From assembly GCA_937127125.1 (NCBI GenBank), contig CAKZLO010000063.1:8185-72184 (forward strand): a stretch of 64,000 nt of DNA, in the 5' to 3' direction. Each line of letters starts with the position of its first letter. The stretch's first letter is position 1. The DNA comes from an uncultured Ardenticatenia bacterium (GTDB lineage Bacteria; Chloroflexota; Anaerolineae; 4572-78; NAK82). The notes under the pieces are model-generated. The model saw only the letters and a program-made list of their open reading frames with translations. It was not told where the DNA came from and searched no databases. This document shows positions 50,106-59,799 of the stretch, piece after piece. The position numbers were made by a program, and so were the translations under genes.

Positions 50106-51134
50106 ATGAGACTGGTCATCTTCATCCTCAAGCGAGCACTGCATTCCATTTTTGTGCTGCTTGGCCTCTCTGTGGTGATCTTTGCCATTTCACGTGTCCT
50201 TCCCGGGGACCCGGCACGCATGGCAGTAGGTGCCAGAGCACCCCAATGGGTCGTGGACAATTTGCGCGCGCAGATGCACCTTGATGAGCCGTTGTATGTT
50301 CAATATGGCTACTGGCTGATCGACGCCTTACAGGGTAAGTTTGGCATTTCCCTGGTCACGCGTCGCGAGGTAGCCGAAGACATCAAGGAGTTCTTCCCGG
50401 CTACCTTCGAGCTGGCTTTGTTTGCCGGGATCTTGATGGGTGGACTTGGTATCCTATTAGGCACCATTTCGGCACGCCACAAGGACAAATGGATAGACAA
50501 CGTTGTGCGTGTCCTTTCTTATCTAGGTGTGGTGACCCCAGCATTCGTATTCGCGATTATATTCATGCTTGTGTTTGGCTACTGGCTAAAGTGGTTGCCT
50601 ACTATTGGTCGTCTCAGCGAGGGTCTGACCCGTCCGCCTGTGATCACCGGACTGATGACCATTGACGCATTGCTGGCTGGTGACCTGGTTGTCTTTTGGG
50701 ATGCTCTGAAGCACATTGTACTGCCGGCTATTGCCCTGGCCATGGGGGGCCTAGCGCAAGAAGCACGCATCACGCGCGCGACGATGTCGGACAATCTCAC
50801 TAAGGACTACATCGCCGCGGAACGAGCGCTGGGTATACCGGAGCGTGTTATCATGGGCAAGTATCTGCTCAAACCCTCGCTCATACCGACGATCTCTATT
50901 CTGGGCCTTGACTTCGCCGGTACACTGAGCAGCGCTTTCCTGGTGGAGCTGATCTTCAACTGGCCAGGCATATCACGCTATGGCATCAATGCCATGTTGC
51001 GTAAGGACTTAAACGCCATCGCAGCTGTGATTCTGGTGCTGGGTGTTGTCTTCATCGTGGTCAACATCATAGTAGATATCGTGGTCGCGTATCTCGACCC
51101 GCGGATTCGTCTCAGTGCTGAAAGGAGCGAGTGA
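50106..51134 (+). CDS. dppB: Dpp/Opp ABC transporter permease B
   Basis: PGDPA, FPATFELA, ELIFNWPG and LDPRIR motifs. Confidence 0.92.
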   Translation: MRLVIFILKRALHSIFVLLGLSVVIFAISRVLPGDPARMAVGARAPQWVVDNLRAQMHLDEPLYVQYGYWLIDALQGKFGISLVTRREVAEDIKEFFPATFELALFAGILMGGLGILLGTISARHKDKWIDNVVRVLSYLGVVTPAFVFAIIFMLVFGYWLKWLPTIGRLSEGLTRPPVITGLMTIDALLAGDLVVFWDALKHIVLPAIALAMGGLAQEARITRATMSDNLTKDYIAAERALGIPERVIMGKYLLKPSLIPTISILGLDFAGTLSSAFLVELIFNWPGISRYGINAMLRKDLNAIAAVILVLGVVFIVVNIIVDIVVAYLDPRIRLSAERSE

Positions 51135-51135
51135 C

Positions 51136-52080
51136 GTGACCAAAGTGATGGGAGACTGGGTATCCGAACTGGGAGGCAGAGCAGAATCGGCTACCTCGAT
51201 AAGTTGGCGGGAGCTGCAACGGCGCAGCCGTCGCGAAAACATCGGCCGCGCTTGGTACAAGTTTTCGCGCAATCCACTATCGGTAGCTGGACTGGCTATC
51301 GTCCTGACAATCGTTTTCCTGGCCATTTTTGCCCCTTACGTAACGCCTTATCCTCATCACGCCGGCCCCTTCACCGATTTCGAAAACGCTAAATTGCCTC
51401 CTAACCTGAAGTACCTCTTTGGTACTGACACGATTGGACGCGACATCCTCACGCGGGTGATCTTTGGTTTCCAGGACGCCCTGCTGATGGGCATTGTGGT
51501 GTTGGCTTTGGTGGTGCCCCCGGGAGTGTTACTCGGTCTGGTGGCTGGCTACTACCAGGGCACGTGGATAGATACAATTATCATGCGCATTACCGATATC
51601 TTCTTGGCGGTGCCGCCGCTTATTCTCGCTTTGGCAATTGCCTCTGTGCTCAAACCTAATCTGATGAACTCGATGATGGCTGTGTCGCTCATGTGGTGGC
51701 CGTGGTACGCGCGGCTGGTCTATGGTCTCACAAGTCAACTGCGTAATGAGTATTTTGTGAAATCAGCGGAGACAATCGGTGCAAGCAAAGCACATATTCT
51801 CTTCCGCGAGATTTTGCCAAACTGCGTCTCTCCCATCTTCACAAAAATGAGTTTGGATATGGGATGGGTCATTCTGATCGGCTCGTCACTTAGCTTCGTT
51901 GGTTTGGGGGTGCAGCCTCCTAAACCGGGGTTGGGCACAATGGTGGCCGATGGCGCGCGCTATCTGCCTGACCAATGGTGGATCCCAGTCTTTCCGGCTT
52001 TGGGCATTGTGGTGATCGTGCTGGGCTTCAATCTCCTGGGCGACGGATTGCGCGATCTACTTGCAGCGGAAGAGGCGTAA
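51136..52080 (+). CDS. dppC: Dpp/Opp ABC transporter permease C
   Basis: FGTDTIGRD, LSFVGLG and FNLLGDGLRD motifs; start approximate. Confidence 0.92.
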   Translation: MTKVMGDWVSELGGRAESATSISWRELQRRSRRENIGRAWYKFSRNPLSVAGLAIVLTIVFLAIFAPYVTPYPHHAGPFTDFENAKLPPNLKYLFGTDTIGRDILTRVIFGFQDALLMGIVVLALVVPPGVLLGLVAGYYQGTWIDTIIMRITDIFLAVPPLILALAIASVLKPNLMNSMMAVSLMWWPWYARLVYGLTSQLRNEYFVKSAETIGASKAHILFREILPNCVSPIFTKMSLDMGWVILIGSSLSFVGLGVQPPKPGLGTMVADGARYLPDQWWIPVFPALGIVVIVLGFNLLGDGLRDLLAAEEA

Positions 52081-52087
52081 TTGCGAA

Positions 52088-53068
52088 ATGAATACTCCTC
52101 CTCTGCTTGAAGTCCGCAATTTGCAAGTGCATTTCAGGGTGTTTGGTGGTTATCTTAAGGTATTAGATGGCGTCAACTTAGTCGTACGCGCCGGCGAAAA
52201 AGTGGGCCTGGTGGGCGAATCGGGCTGTGGTAAAACCACTACGATGAAGGCTATTTTGCGAATACTGCCTGAACCGCCCGCGCAGATCGTAGGAGGCCAC
52301 GTATTGTTCCGCGGGAAAGACGTGTTGAAGATGCGCCCTCAGGAGTTGCGTCGACTACGCGGTCGTGGCATTTCGATGGTTTTTCAAGACCCTACTGCAG
52401 CTTTAAACCCTGTATTCACGATTGGACAACAACTGGGAGATGTTATCCGTTATTCACACAGTGACGGAAGGGTGGACGCTGGACAAATCCGATTAAAGGC
52501 TCTGCAAGCTCTGAAGGAAGTTGCGCTGGCAGATCCTGAGAGGCTGCTGGATAGCTATCCTATTCAACTAAGTGGGGGCATGCGACAGAGAGTCTGTATC
52601 GCAATGGCACTGGCTACGCAACCGGAGTTGTTGATCGCCGATGAGCCAGGCACCTCTCTGGACGTAACCATCCAGGATCAGATCCTGCGGTTGCTGCACA
52701 ATCTAGTAGTGGAGCGCAACACTTCTGTCATTCTTATCACGCATACGCTAGGAGTGGTGCGTGAGGTGACAGACCGGGTATATGTTATGTATGCTGGCAC
52801 CATTGTCGAGTCGGCGCCCACTAAGGTCCTGTTTGCAAATCCAATGTTCCCTTACACACGCGGCCTGATGCAATCGGTGCCCCGCCTTTCGGGTGGCGGA
52901 GTGGCCGAAGGGATACCGGGCCGTATACCCAACTATCTTAATCCACCCACTGGATGTCGTTTTCATCCGCGATGTCCCCACGTTATGGAAGTTTGTAGAC
53001 ATGAGAAACCCCCTGTATTTACGGTGGGCGAGGAGCACTACGTCGCCTGTTATCTCTATGCGTCATAG
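52088..53068 (+). CDS. dppD: Dpp/Opp ABC transporter ATPase D
   Basis: GESGCGKT, LSGGMRQ, ADEP and GCRFHPRC motifs. Confidence 0.93.
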   Translation: MNTPPLLEVRNLQVHFRVFGGYLKVLDGVNLVVRAGEKVGLVGESGCGKTTTMKAILRILPEPPAQIVGGHVLFRGKDVLKMRPQELRRLRGRGISMVFQDPTAALNPVFTIGQQLGDVIRYSHSDGRVDAGQIRLKALQALKEVALADPERLLDSYPIQLSGGMRQRVCIAMALATQPELLIADEPGTSLDVTIQDQILRLLHNLVVERNTSVILITHTLGVVREVTDRVYVMYAGTIVESAPTKVLFANPMFPYTRGLMQSVPRLSGGGVAEGIPGRIPNYLNPPTGCRFHPRCPHVMEVCRHEKPPVFTVGEEHYVACYLYAS

Positions 53069-53089
53069 CACTGTGAGGTCGCGCAGCGG

Positions 53090-54091
53090 ATGACCCCTAT
53101 TCTAGAATATAAGAACCTCAAGAAGTACTTCACCGTCGGACATCGTGGCTTGCTAAGACGCGAGCCAATCACGGTCAAGGCCGTGGACGGTGTGTCGTTC
53201 GTGATCAATAAGGGTGAAGTGTTTGGTCTGGTAGGCGAGTCTGGCTCAGGCAAAAGCACAGTCGCATATACAACTATTGGAATGTACCGACCCACTTCAG
53301 GGGCGATCGAGTTTCAGGGAGAGAGTCTCTTCACTAAAGAAGGCAAGCGCCCTCGACACATCAAGAAGGAAATCCAAATTGTCTTCCAGGACCCAGGCTC
53401 GTCTCTGAATCCGCGCCGGAGCGTGAAAGAAATTCTGGAACTGCCGCTCAGCATCCATCAGCCGGCCAAGAAGCACATTGGGCGTGTTGCCGAGCTATTG
53501 GAGATGGTAGAGCTTCCAGTAGATTATATGTACAAGTACCCTCACGCACTGAGCGGAGGCGAGAAACAGATTGTGGCGATCGCCCGAGCGTTGGCAACCG
53601 AGCCTTCTTTCATTATTCTCGACGAGCCTACTTCTGCTCTGGATGTCTCTATCCAGGGAAAGATTATCAACCTGTTATTGCGTTTGAGGCAGGAGTTCCA
53701 CCTCTCGTATTTGTTCATAACACACGACTTGAGCCTAATGCGCAATGTCGCCTCGCGTGTCGCGATCATGTATCTGGGCAAGATCTGCGAAGTCGCGGAG
53801 GCAAGTGAGTTCTTTCGTAACCCCAAGCATCCTTACACGCAGATGCTATTGTCTTCCATCCCTGTGGTTTCGGAGGAGGAAGAGAAGCTCAAGCCAAAGC
53901 GTGTACAATCGCGTGGCGAGATACCCAGCCCGGTTAATATTCCCAGCGGATGCAGCTTTCACTTGCGCTGTCCGTACAAGATGGATATTTGTCCACGCGT
54001 TGACCCAGAGATGGTGGACACTGGTGAAGGACATTACGTGCGTTGTCATCTGTACCCAGTTCAGGAAAACAGCAGACCTGTTGCAGTGTAG
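53090..54091 (+). CDS. dppF: Dpp/Opp ABC transporter ATPase F
   Basis: GESGSGKS, LSGGEKQ, LDEP and GCSFHLRC motifs. Confidence 0.93.
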   Translation: MTPILEYKNLKKYFTVGHRGLLRREPITVKAVDGVSFVINKGEVFGLVGESGSGKSTVAYTTIGMYRPTSGAIEFQGESLFTKEGKRPRHIKKEIQIVFQDPGSSLNPRRSVKEILELPLSIHQPAKKHIGRVAELLEMVELPVDYMYKYPHALSGGEKQIVAIARALATEPSFIILDEPTSALDVSIQGKIINLLLRLRQEFHLSYLFITHDLSLMRNVASRVAIMYLGKICEVAEASEFFRNPKHPYTQMLLSSIPVVSEEEEKLKPKRVQSRGEIPSPVNIPSGCSFHLRCPYKMDICPRVDPEMVDTGEGHYVRCHLYPVQENSRPVAV

Positions 54092-54135
54092 GTTAATACT
54101 TGACATAACATTATCGCACAAGGAGGCATCAGACC

Positions 54136-56187
54136 ATGAGAGTAGCCACCGACATTGGGGGCACCTTCACTGATTTGGTGTATCTAGATGAGCAAACCGG
54201 GCAGATCGGCGTGGCCAAGGCATCTACCACGCCAGCTAACTTTGCGCAGGGGGTGATTGACACGCTGCACAAAGCGGCCATTAGGGTGCCTGACACAACT
54301 TTCTTCGTACATGGTTCCACGGTAATTATCAACGCATTAACGGAGCGCAAGGGAGCCAAGACAGCTTTGATCACTACCCGAGGATTTCGCGACGTCTTGG
54401 AAATCACCCGTGCCAACCGCCCCGACCTATACAATATGTATTATACCAAGCCGAAGCCGTTTGTGCCGCGTTATCTCCGCCTAGAGGTCCGCGAGCGGAT
54501 GAACTACAAGGGCGAGGTCTTGGAACCTCTGCACGAGGAGGATGTACGCCGAGCGGCTGAGCTCTGTCGCAAAGAAAAAGTAGAAGCAATTGCTGTCTGC
54601 TTCTTGCATTCGTACGCCAATCCGGCCCATGAAATTCGCTGTGGTGAGATTCTGCGCGAAATGGTCCCGGAAATCCCGGTGACACTTTCCCATGAGATCA
54701 CCCAGGAATGGCGCGAATATGAGCGTACCAACACAGCAGTACTGAACAGCTATGTGATGCCTGTTGCCAAGTTCTATCTAGCGAATCTGGAGAGGAACCT
54801 GGCCGACCTGGGAATGGGCAAAGTGTATCATATTATGCAATCCAACGGTGGCACAGCGACTTTCGATATGGGCAAGCGTGTGCCGATCAACACGGTCGAA
54901 TCAGGTCCTGTGGCAGGCGTGATTGGGGCAGCCGTGATCGGCAATTTGATTGGCGAACGCAATGTGATTTCCCTCGACGTGGGTGGGACGACAGCAAAGA
55001 CATCGCTGGTCGAAAATGGCACACCACGCATCACCACCGAATACAGGATCGAGTGGCGTCGTGACTACGCGGGTTATCCTATCCTGGCTCCGACGGTTGA
55101 CATTGTCGAGATCGGCGCCGGGGGTGGTTCTATCGCCTGGGTGGATAACGCTGGTGCCCTAAAGGTAGGACCAGTGAGTGCCGGTGCTGACCCGGGACCA
55201 GCGTGTTATGGGCGTGGCGGTGACAAACCCACCGTGACGGATGCCAACGTCCTGGCAGGTCGCATCAACCCGGAGTATTTCTTGGGCGGTGAAATTCGCC
55301 TTGACGTGGAAAACGCCCGACGCGCTATGAAACCCATTGCCGACCATTTCAAGGTGAACGTGGAAGAAGCTGCGATGGGTGTGATTCGATTGGCCGACGC
55401 TAATATGATAAACGCGCTCAAGCTGGTATCAGTGCGGCGAGGTTATGATCCTCGCGACTTCGTGTTAATTGCCTTTGGCGGCGGGGGTGCTATGCACGCG
55501 GGTGCGCTGGCGCGGGAGCTGCGTGTCAAGGAGGTGCTCGTTCCGAACGAGCCAGCTGTCTTTTCCGCTTGGGGAATGCTGATGACCGACCTACGGCAAG
55601 ATTTCATCCGCACGCGTATCCAGCGCGCCGACCAGATTTCCAGCTCAGCCCTTACTGAGATCTATCAGGAAATGGAGGCGGTAGCGCGGCAAAACCTGCT
55701 CGATCAGCACATACCGGAAGAACGCATGATGTTCCAACGCTTTGCTGACATGCGTTACCTGGGCCAAGAGCATACAGTAAAGGTACCCATTCCGGGGGGA
55801 ATCATCACCGAAGAACAGATGCCCGAGATCTGTGAACGCTTCCACCGGCTGCATGAGCACACCTATACATTCCGCCTGGACACCCTGATCGAATTTGTTA
55901 ACTATCACGTAACCGGTTTCGGAGTTGTGGAGAAGCCCCAGCTCAAGAAGCTGGATGGAGCTCGGGGCAGCTTGGAGGCAGCACGCAAAGGAACACGACG
56001 TGTCAACTTCGATGAGCTGGGATACCACGACGCACCCATTTATGAGCGCAGTCTCTTGCCGGTCGGGGTCTCTATCGCGGGTCCTCTGGTTATTGAGGAA
56101 CCAGCGTCCACTACAGTGGTGTTCCCAGATCAGACGGTATACCGTGACGAATACGGGTTCTTGCGCATCCACACCACGCGCGACTGA
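54136..56187 (+). CDS. hyuA: Hydantoinase/oxoprolinase A (ATPase) subunit
   Basis: DIGGTFTD, SGPVAG, DVGGTT, GAGGGS, SAGADPGP and FGGGG motifs. Confidence 0.93.
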   Translation: MRVATDIGGTFTDLVYLDEQTGQIGVAKASTTPANFAQGVIDTLHKAAIRVPDTTFFVHGSTVIINALTERKGAKTALITTRGFRDVLEITRANRPDLYNMYYTKPKPFVPRYLRLEVRERMNYKGEVLEPLHEEDVRRAAELCRKEKVEAIAVCFLHSYANPAHEIRCGEILREMVPEIPVTLSHEITQEWREYERTNTAVLNSYVMPVAKFYLANLERNLADLGMGKVYHIMQSNGGTATFDMGKRVPINTVESGPVAGVIGAAVIGNLIGERNVISLDVGGTTAKTSLVENGTPRITTEYRIEWRRDYAGYPILAPTVDIVEIGAGGGSIAWVDNAGALKVGPVSAGADPGPACYGRGGDKPTVTDANVLAGRINPEYFLGGEIRLDVENARRAMKPIADHFKVNVEEAAMGVIRLADANMINALKLVSVRRGYDPRDFVLIAFGGGGAMHAGALARELRVKEVLVPNEPAVFSAWGMLMTDLRQDFIRTRIQRADQISSSALTEIYQEMEAVARQNLLDQHIPEERMMFQRFADMRYLGQEHTVKVPIPGGIITEEQMPEICERFHRLHEHTYTFRLDTLIEFVNYHVTGFGVVEKPQLKKLDGARGSLEAARKGTRRVNFDELGYHDAPIYERSLLPVGVSIAGPLVIEEPASTTVVFPDQTVYRDEYGFLRIHTTRD

Positions 56188-56216
56188 CATCGGTTCAATA
56201 AGGAGGGTATTTCGAT

Positions 56217-57965
56217 ATGGCACGCAATGGGAATGGGGTTGACCCTTTCACCCTCGAGATCATCAGCGAAAGCTTGCGCGCAATCGGCGACGAGATGTTC
56301 GTCACAATGCAGCGCACGAGTATGAGCGTTATCATCTATGAGACGCTCGACTATGCGACCGGCCTGACCGATGCCCAGGGGCGACTCATCACTCAGGGCA
56401 ATGGGGTCACGCTTTTCCTCGGCACGCTTGACTATGGTGTGCGCAGCGTGCTGGAAAAGTTCGGCTATGATGGGCTAAAACCGGGCGATATCGTGATCAC
56501 GAACGATCCTTACGGCGGCGGAGGAACCCACCTCTCCGATGTATCGTTGATCATGCCCATCTTCTACGACGGCAAAATTGTCGCCTTCGCTGCCAACAAG
56601 GGACACTGGACAGAGGTCGGTGGAATGGCAGCGGGTAGCTGGACCACTGATTCCACCGAAATCTATCAGGAAGGCCTGCAATTCCCAGTCATCAAGATAT
56701 TTGAGGAAGGCAAGATCAACCAAGGCTTGGTGGAACTCATCCGAGCGAACGTGCGTACGCCGGACATGAGCATTGGCGATATGATGGCTCAGGCGGCATC
56801 ATTGCGCATCGCTGAGCGACGTTTCCGCGAACTATGCGACAAATACGGCGTCGAAACGGTTACGGCGGGTGTTGAGAAATTGATGAACGACAGTGAAACG
56901 CTGATCCGCCAGGAGCTGCGCAAGATCCCGCCAGGTGTGTATGAAGCGGAAGATTACATTGACGACGACGGAATCTCGGAAGGGCCATTCAAGGTTCAGG
57001 TAAAAGTTACCGTCACACCGGATAAGCTCATCTGCGACTACACCGGCAGCCATCCTCAAGTGTTGGGACCGGTAAACGCTGGATGGACAGCCCTCGTCGC
57101 TGCTGCGCGCGCCATTTTCCTCGCGCTGACGGATCCATCCATCCCTACCAACGATGGGTGTTTCCGACCGTTGGAGATCATTTGCCCCCCGCGAACTATC
57201 TTCACGGCTGAACGGCCTGCCGCAGTATCCACTTACTGGGAGACGATGTTGTACGCGGCAGACCTGATATGGAAGGCGATGGCACCCGTGTTGCCACACC
57301 GCTTGCCTGCAGGACATTTTCTCAGTGTATGTGCTCCTATCATCGCGGGTTTGCATCCTGACACGGGTTCGCTGTTCATCCTTGTTGAGCCGAGCGCAGG
57401 CGGTTGGGGTGCCGGATCAACCAAAGACGGCGAGAACGGGATGTTCTGTGTGGGCGATGGGGAGACCTACAATGTCCCCGTGGAAGTATGTGAGCAACGT
57501 TACGGGGTGCTGGTCGAGCAATACGCTTACGACATTACAGAAGGCGGCGCCGGCAAATTCCGTGGTGGGCGTGGTATGGTGCGCGATTATCGTATTCTGG
57601 CCGACAGCGCGCAGCATACAGGTACCTTCGGACGCTTTAAGTTCCTGCCGTGGGGTATGGCTGGTGGTAGCCCCGGTTCTCGCAACTACATGAAGATCAT
57701 CTGGGCAGACGGACGCGAGCCGTTGGTGGTGGGCAAAATCGCACGACTACCCGTGAAGAAAGGGGATCTTGTGCGTCTCGTGACCGGCACCGGCGGAGGC
57801 TATGGTGACCCTTGTGAGCGCCCGGTGGAGAAAGTGGTCGAGGATGTCCGGGATGGCTATATCACCCCCGAAATGGCACGTGATCAATACGGTGTGGTGG
57901 TTGACCCGGAGACGTTGCAGGTGCTGGAGCTGGTGGGCAAACGCGCACAAAAACGGGCAGGGTAA
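56217..57965 (+). CDS. hyuB: Hydantoinase/oxoprolinase B subunit (1 of 3)
   Basis: ETLDY, NDPYGGGGTHLSD, HWTEVGG, YQEGL and GGGYGDP motifs. Confidence 0.93.
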   Translation: MARNGNGVDPFTLEIISESLRAIGDEMFVTMQRTSMSVIIYETLDYATGLTDAQGRLITQGNGVTLFLGTLDYGVRSVLEKFGYDGLKPGDIVITNDPYGGGGTHLSDVSLIMPIFYDGKIVAFAANKGHWTEVGGMAAGSWTTDSTEIYQEGLQFPVIKIFEEGKINQGLVELIRANVRTPDMSIGDMMAQAASLRIAERRFRELCDKYGVETVTAGVEKLMNDSETLIRQELRKIPPGVYEAEDYIDDDGISEGPFKVQVKVTVTPDKLICDYTGSHPQVLGPVNAGWTALVAAARAIFLALTDPSIPTNDGCFRPLEIICPPRTIFTAERPAAVSTYWETMLYAADLIWKAMAPVLPHRLPAGHFLSVCAPIIAGLHPDTGSLFILVEPSAGGWGAGSTKDGENGMFCVGDGETYNVPVEVCEQRYGVLVEQYAYDITEGGAGKFRGGRGMVRDYRILADSAQHTGTFGRFKFLPWGMAGGSPGSRNYMKIIWADGREPLVVGKIARLPVKKGDLVRLVTGTGGGYGDPCERPVEKVVEDVRDGYITPEMARDQYGVVVDPETLQVLELVGKRAQKRAG

Positions 57966-58017
57966 GCTACACCCTGCCTATATGCACCACCCATATTGTG
58001 TTCTGTAGCGCTTTCGC

Positions 58018-59799
58018 GTGCCAACTCCCATGCGGTGTGATCCCTTCACGGCCGAGATCATAGCGGAAGCATTCCGTGCTTCCGCCGAAGAGATGTTCCT
58101 CACTCTCAAACGCACAAGCCAAAGCCCCATCATTTACGAAGTGCTCGACTGTGCCTGTGGACTGACAACGCCTGAAGGCCACCTGGTGGCTGAAGCGGAG
58201 GGTATCCCGGGTTTCATTGGGTGTTTGAGCTTCGGGGTGCGCTCGATCCTGCGCAAGTTCGGCCCAGCCCATATATGCCCTGGTGACATCTTCATCACCA
58301 ACGACCCTTATGAAGGGGGAGGAACCCATCTCTCCGATGTCACGCTGGTAGCTCCTGTGTTCTACGACGAAGAGCTGGTTGCCTTCGTTGCCAACAAGGC
58401 GCATTGGACCGAGATGGGAGGGATGGCAGCAGGCAGCTGGACCACCGACGCGACTGAGATCTTTCAGGAGGGTCTGCAGCTACCCGGACTCAGGATCTTT
58501 CACCGAGGACAGCCCGACCGAGCTCTGCTTGACCTCATTGAAGCCAACGTACGCCTCCCCACTATGACCTTGGGCGACTTATACGCGTGTGCAGCCTCCC
58601 TAAGGGTGGGTGAAACAAGCTTCGTCGAAATATGCCGTAAGTATGGGGTGCAGGCGGTGCGGGACGCAATGCAAAGCATCCTAGCACGCGGCCGCAGAAC
58701 AGCATGGGCGTGTGTGCAACAGATACCCTATGGTAGCTACTACGCTGAAGACTGGATTGATGACGATGGCATAGGCGAGCAACCCTTGCACGTTTGCGTG
58801 CGTGTTGTCGTTGACGAACAAGGTTTCACCGCTGATTTCACCGGTGCACCGCCTCAGACGATTGGCCCCATCAACACGACAAGGGTGGGATTGGAAGTCT
58901 CGTGCCGCGAGATCTTCAAAGCAATCGTGGCACCGCACGAACCAAATAATGAGGGTTTGTTCGATCCACTGCGGGTTGTCTGTCCAGATGGCACCATTTT
59001 CACTGCTCGGCGTCCAGCTCCCGTTTCGATATACTGGGAAACAGGTGCTTACGCAAGCGAGCTGATCTGGCGTGCACTCTACCCGGTGGCGAGTGACCGA
59101 TTGCCGGTGGGCCACTCCTTGAGTGTTTGCGGCACAATTCTCAGCGGCATCGATGGCGAGAGAGGACCATTTGTGTTAGTTGAGCCTCAGGCAGGGGGAT
59201 GGGGAGCGACCTGCAATCGCGATGGTGAATCCGGACTGGTAGTCGCAGGCGATGGCGAGACGTATGTGATGCCAGTCGAAGTATGCGAACAACGTTATCC
59301 GGTATTGGTGGAACAGTATCGCTTTAACACTGGGCCGGCGGGAGCCGGTCAATTCCGGGGTGGCTTTGGTCTTGTGCGCGACTATCGCATTCTATGTGCA
59401 CGCGCCGAGCTGACCGCCACGTTTGGCCGCCATCGCTTCCCTCCATGGGGGTACGCAGGTGGTGCAAGTGGGTCGCCCAATACAATCGAAATCTACTATG
59501 ATAGTGACAGCGTGGATGTGGGCAAACCGACGTTGCGCGCTGGCAAGCTGGCACGTTGTCCGTTACGGCGCCACGACTTAGTACGTTTGATCACTGGCGT
59601 GGGTGGCGGTTACGGTGACCCATTGACGCGAGATGTGCAGCGTGTCTGGGAAGATGTCCGCAACGAGTTCCTCCGACCCGAGGAGGCAGCGAGCGTTTAC
59701 GGCGTGGTATTGACTCCAGATGGGAGCGCAGTAGACCTTGCAGCGACCACAGCGCTGCGTGAGGCGCGTCGTCAATCTCATGGCCAGAGGTACCCATGA
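58018..59799 (+). CDS. hyuB: Hydantoinase/oxoprolinase B subunit (2 of 3)
   Basis: EVLDC, NDPYEGGGTHLSD, HWTEMGG and GGGYGDP motifs; start 58018 or 58030. Confidence 0.92.
   Translation: MPTPMRCDPFTAEIIAEAFRASAEEMFLTLKRTSQSPIIYEVLDCACGLTTPEGHLVAEAEGIPGFIGCLSFGVRSILRKFGPAHICPGDIFITNDPYEGGGTHLSDVTLVAPVFYDEELVAFVANKAHWTEMGGMAAGSWTTDATEIFQEGLQLPGLRIFHRGQPDRALLDLIEANVRLPTMTLGDLYACAASLRVGETSFVEICRKYGVQAVRDAMQSILARGRRTAWACVQQIPYGSYYAEDWIDDDGIGEQPLHVCVRVVVDEQGFTADFTGAPPQTIGPINTTRVGLEVSCREIFKAIVAPHEPNNEGLFDPLRVVCPDGTIFTARRPAPVSIYWETGAYASELIWRALYPVASDRLPVGHSLSVCGTILSGIDGERGPFVLVEPQAGGWGATCNRDGESGLVVAGDGETYVMPVEVCEQRYPVLVEQYRFNTGPAGAGQFRGGFGLVRDYRILCARAELTATFGRHRFPPWGYAGGASGSPNTIEIYYDSDSVDVGKPTLRAGKLARCPLRRHDLVRLITGVGGGYGDPLTRDVQRVWEDVRNEFLRPEEAASVYGVVLTPDGSAVDLAATTALREARRQSHGQRYP

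Noticed and set aside
54100-54130. Internal promoter before hyuA (TTGACA)
   Set aside because: No -10 hexamer at the proper spacing
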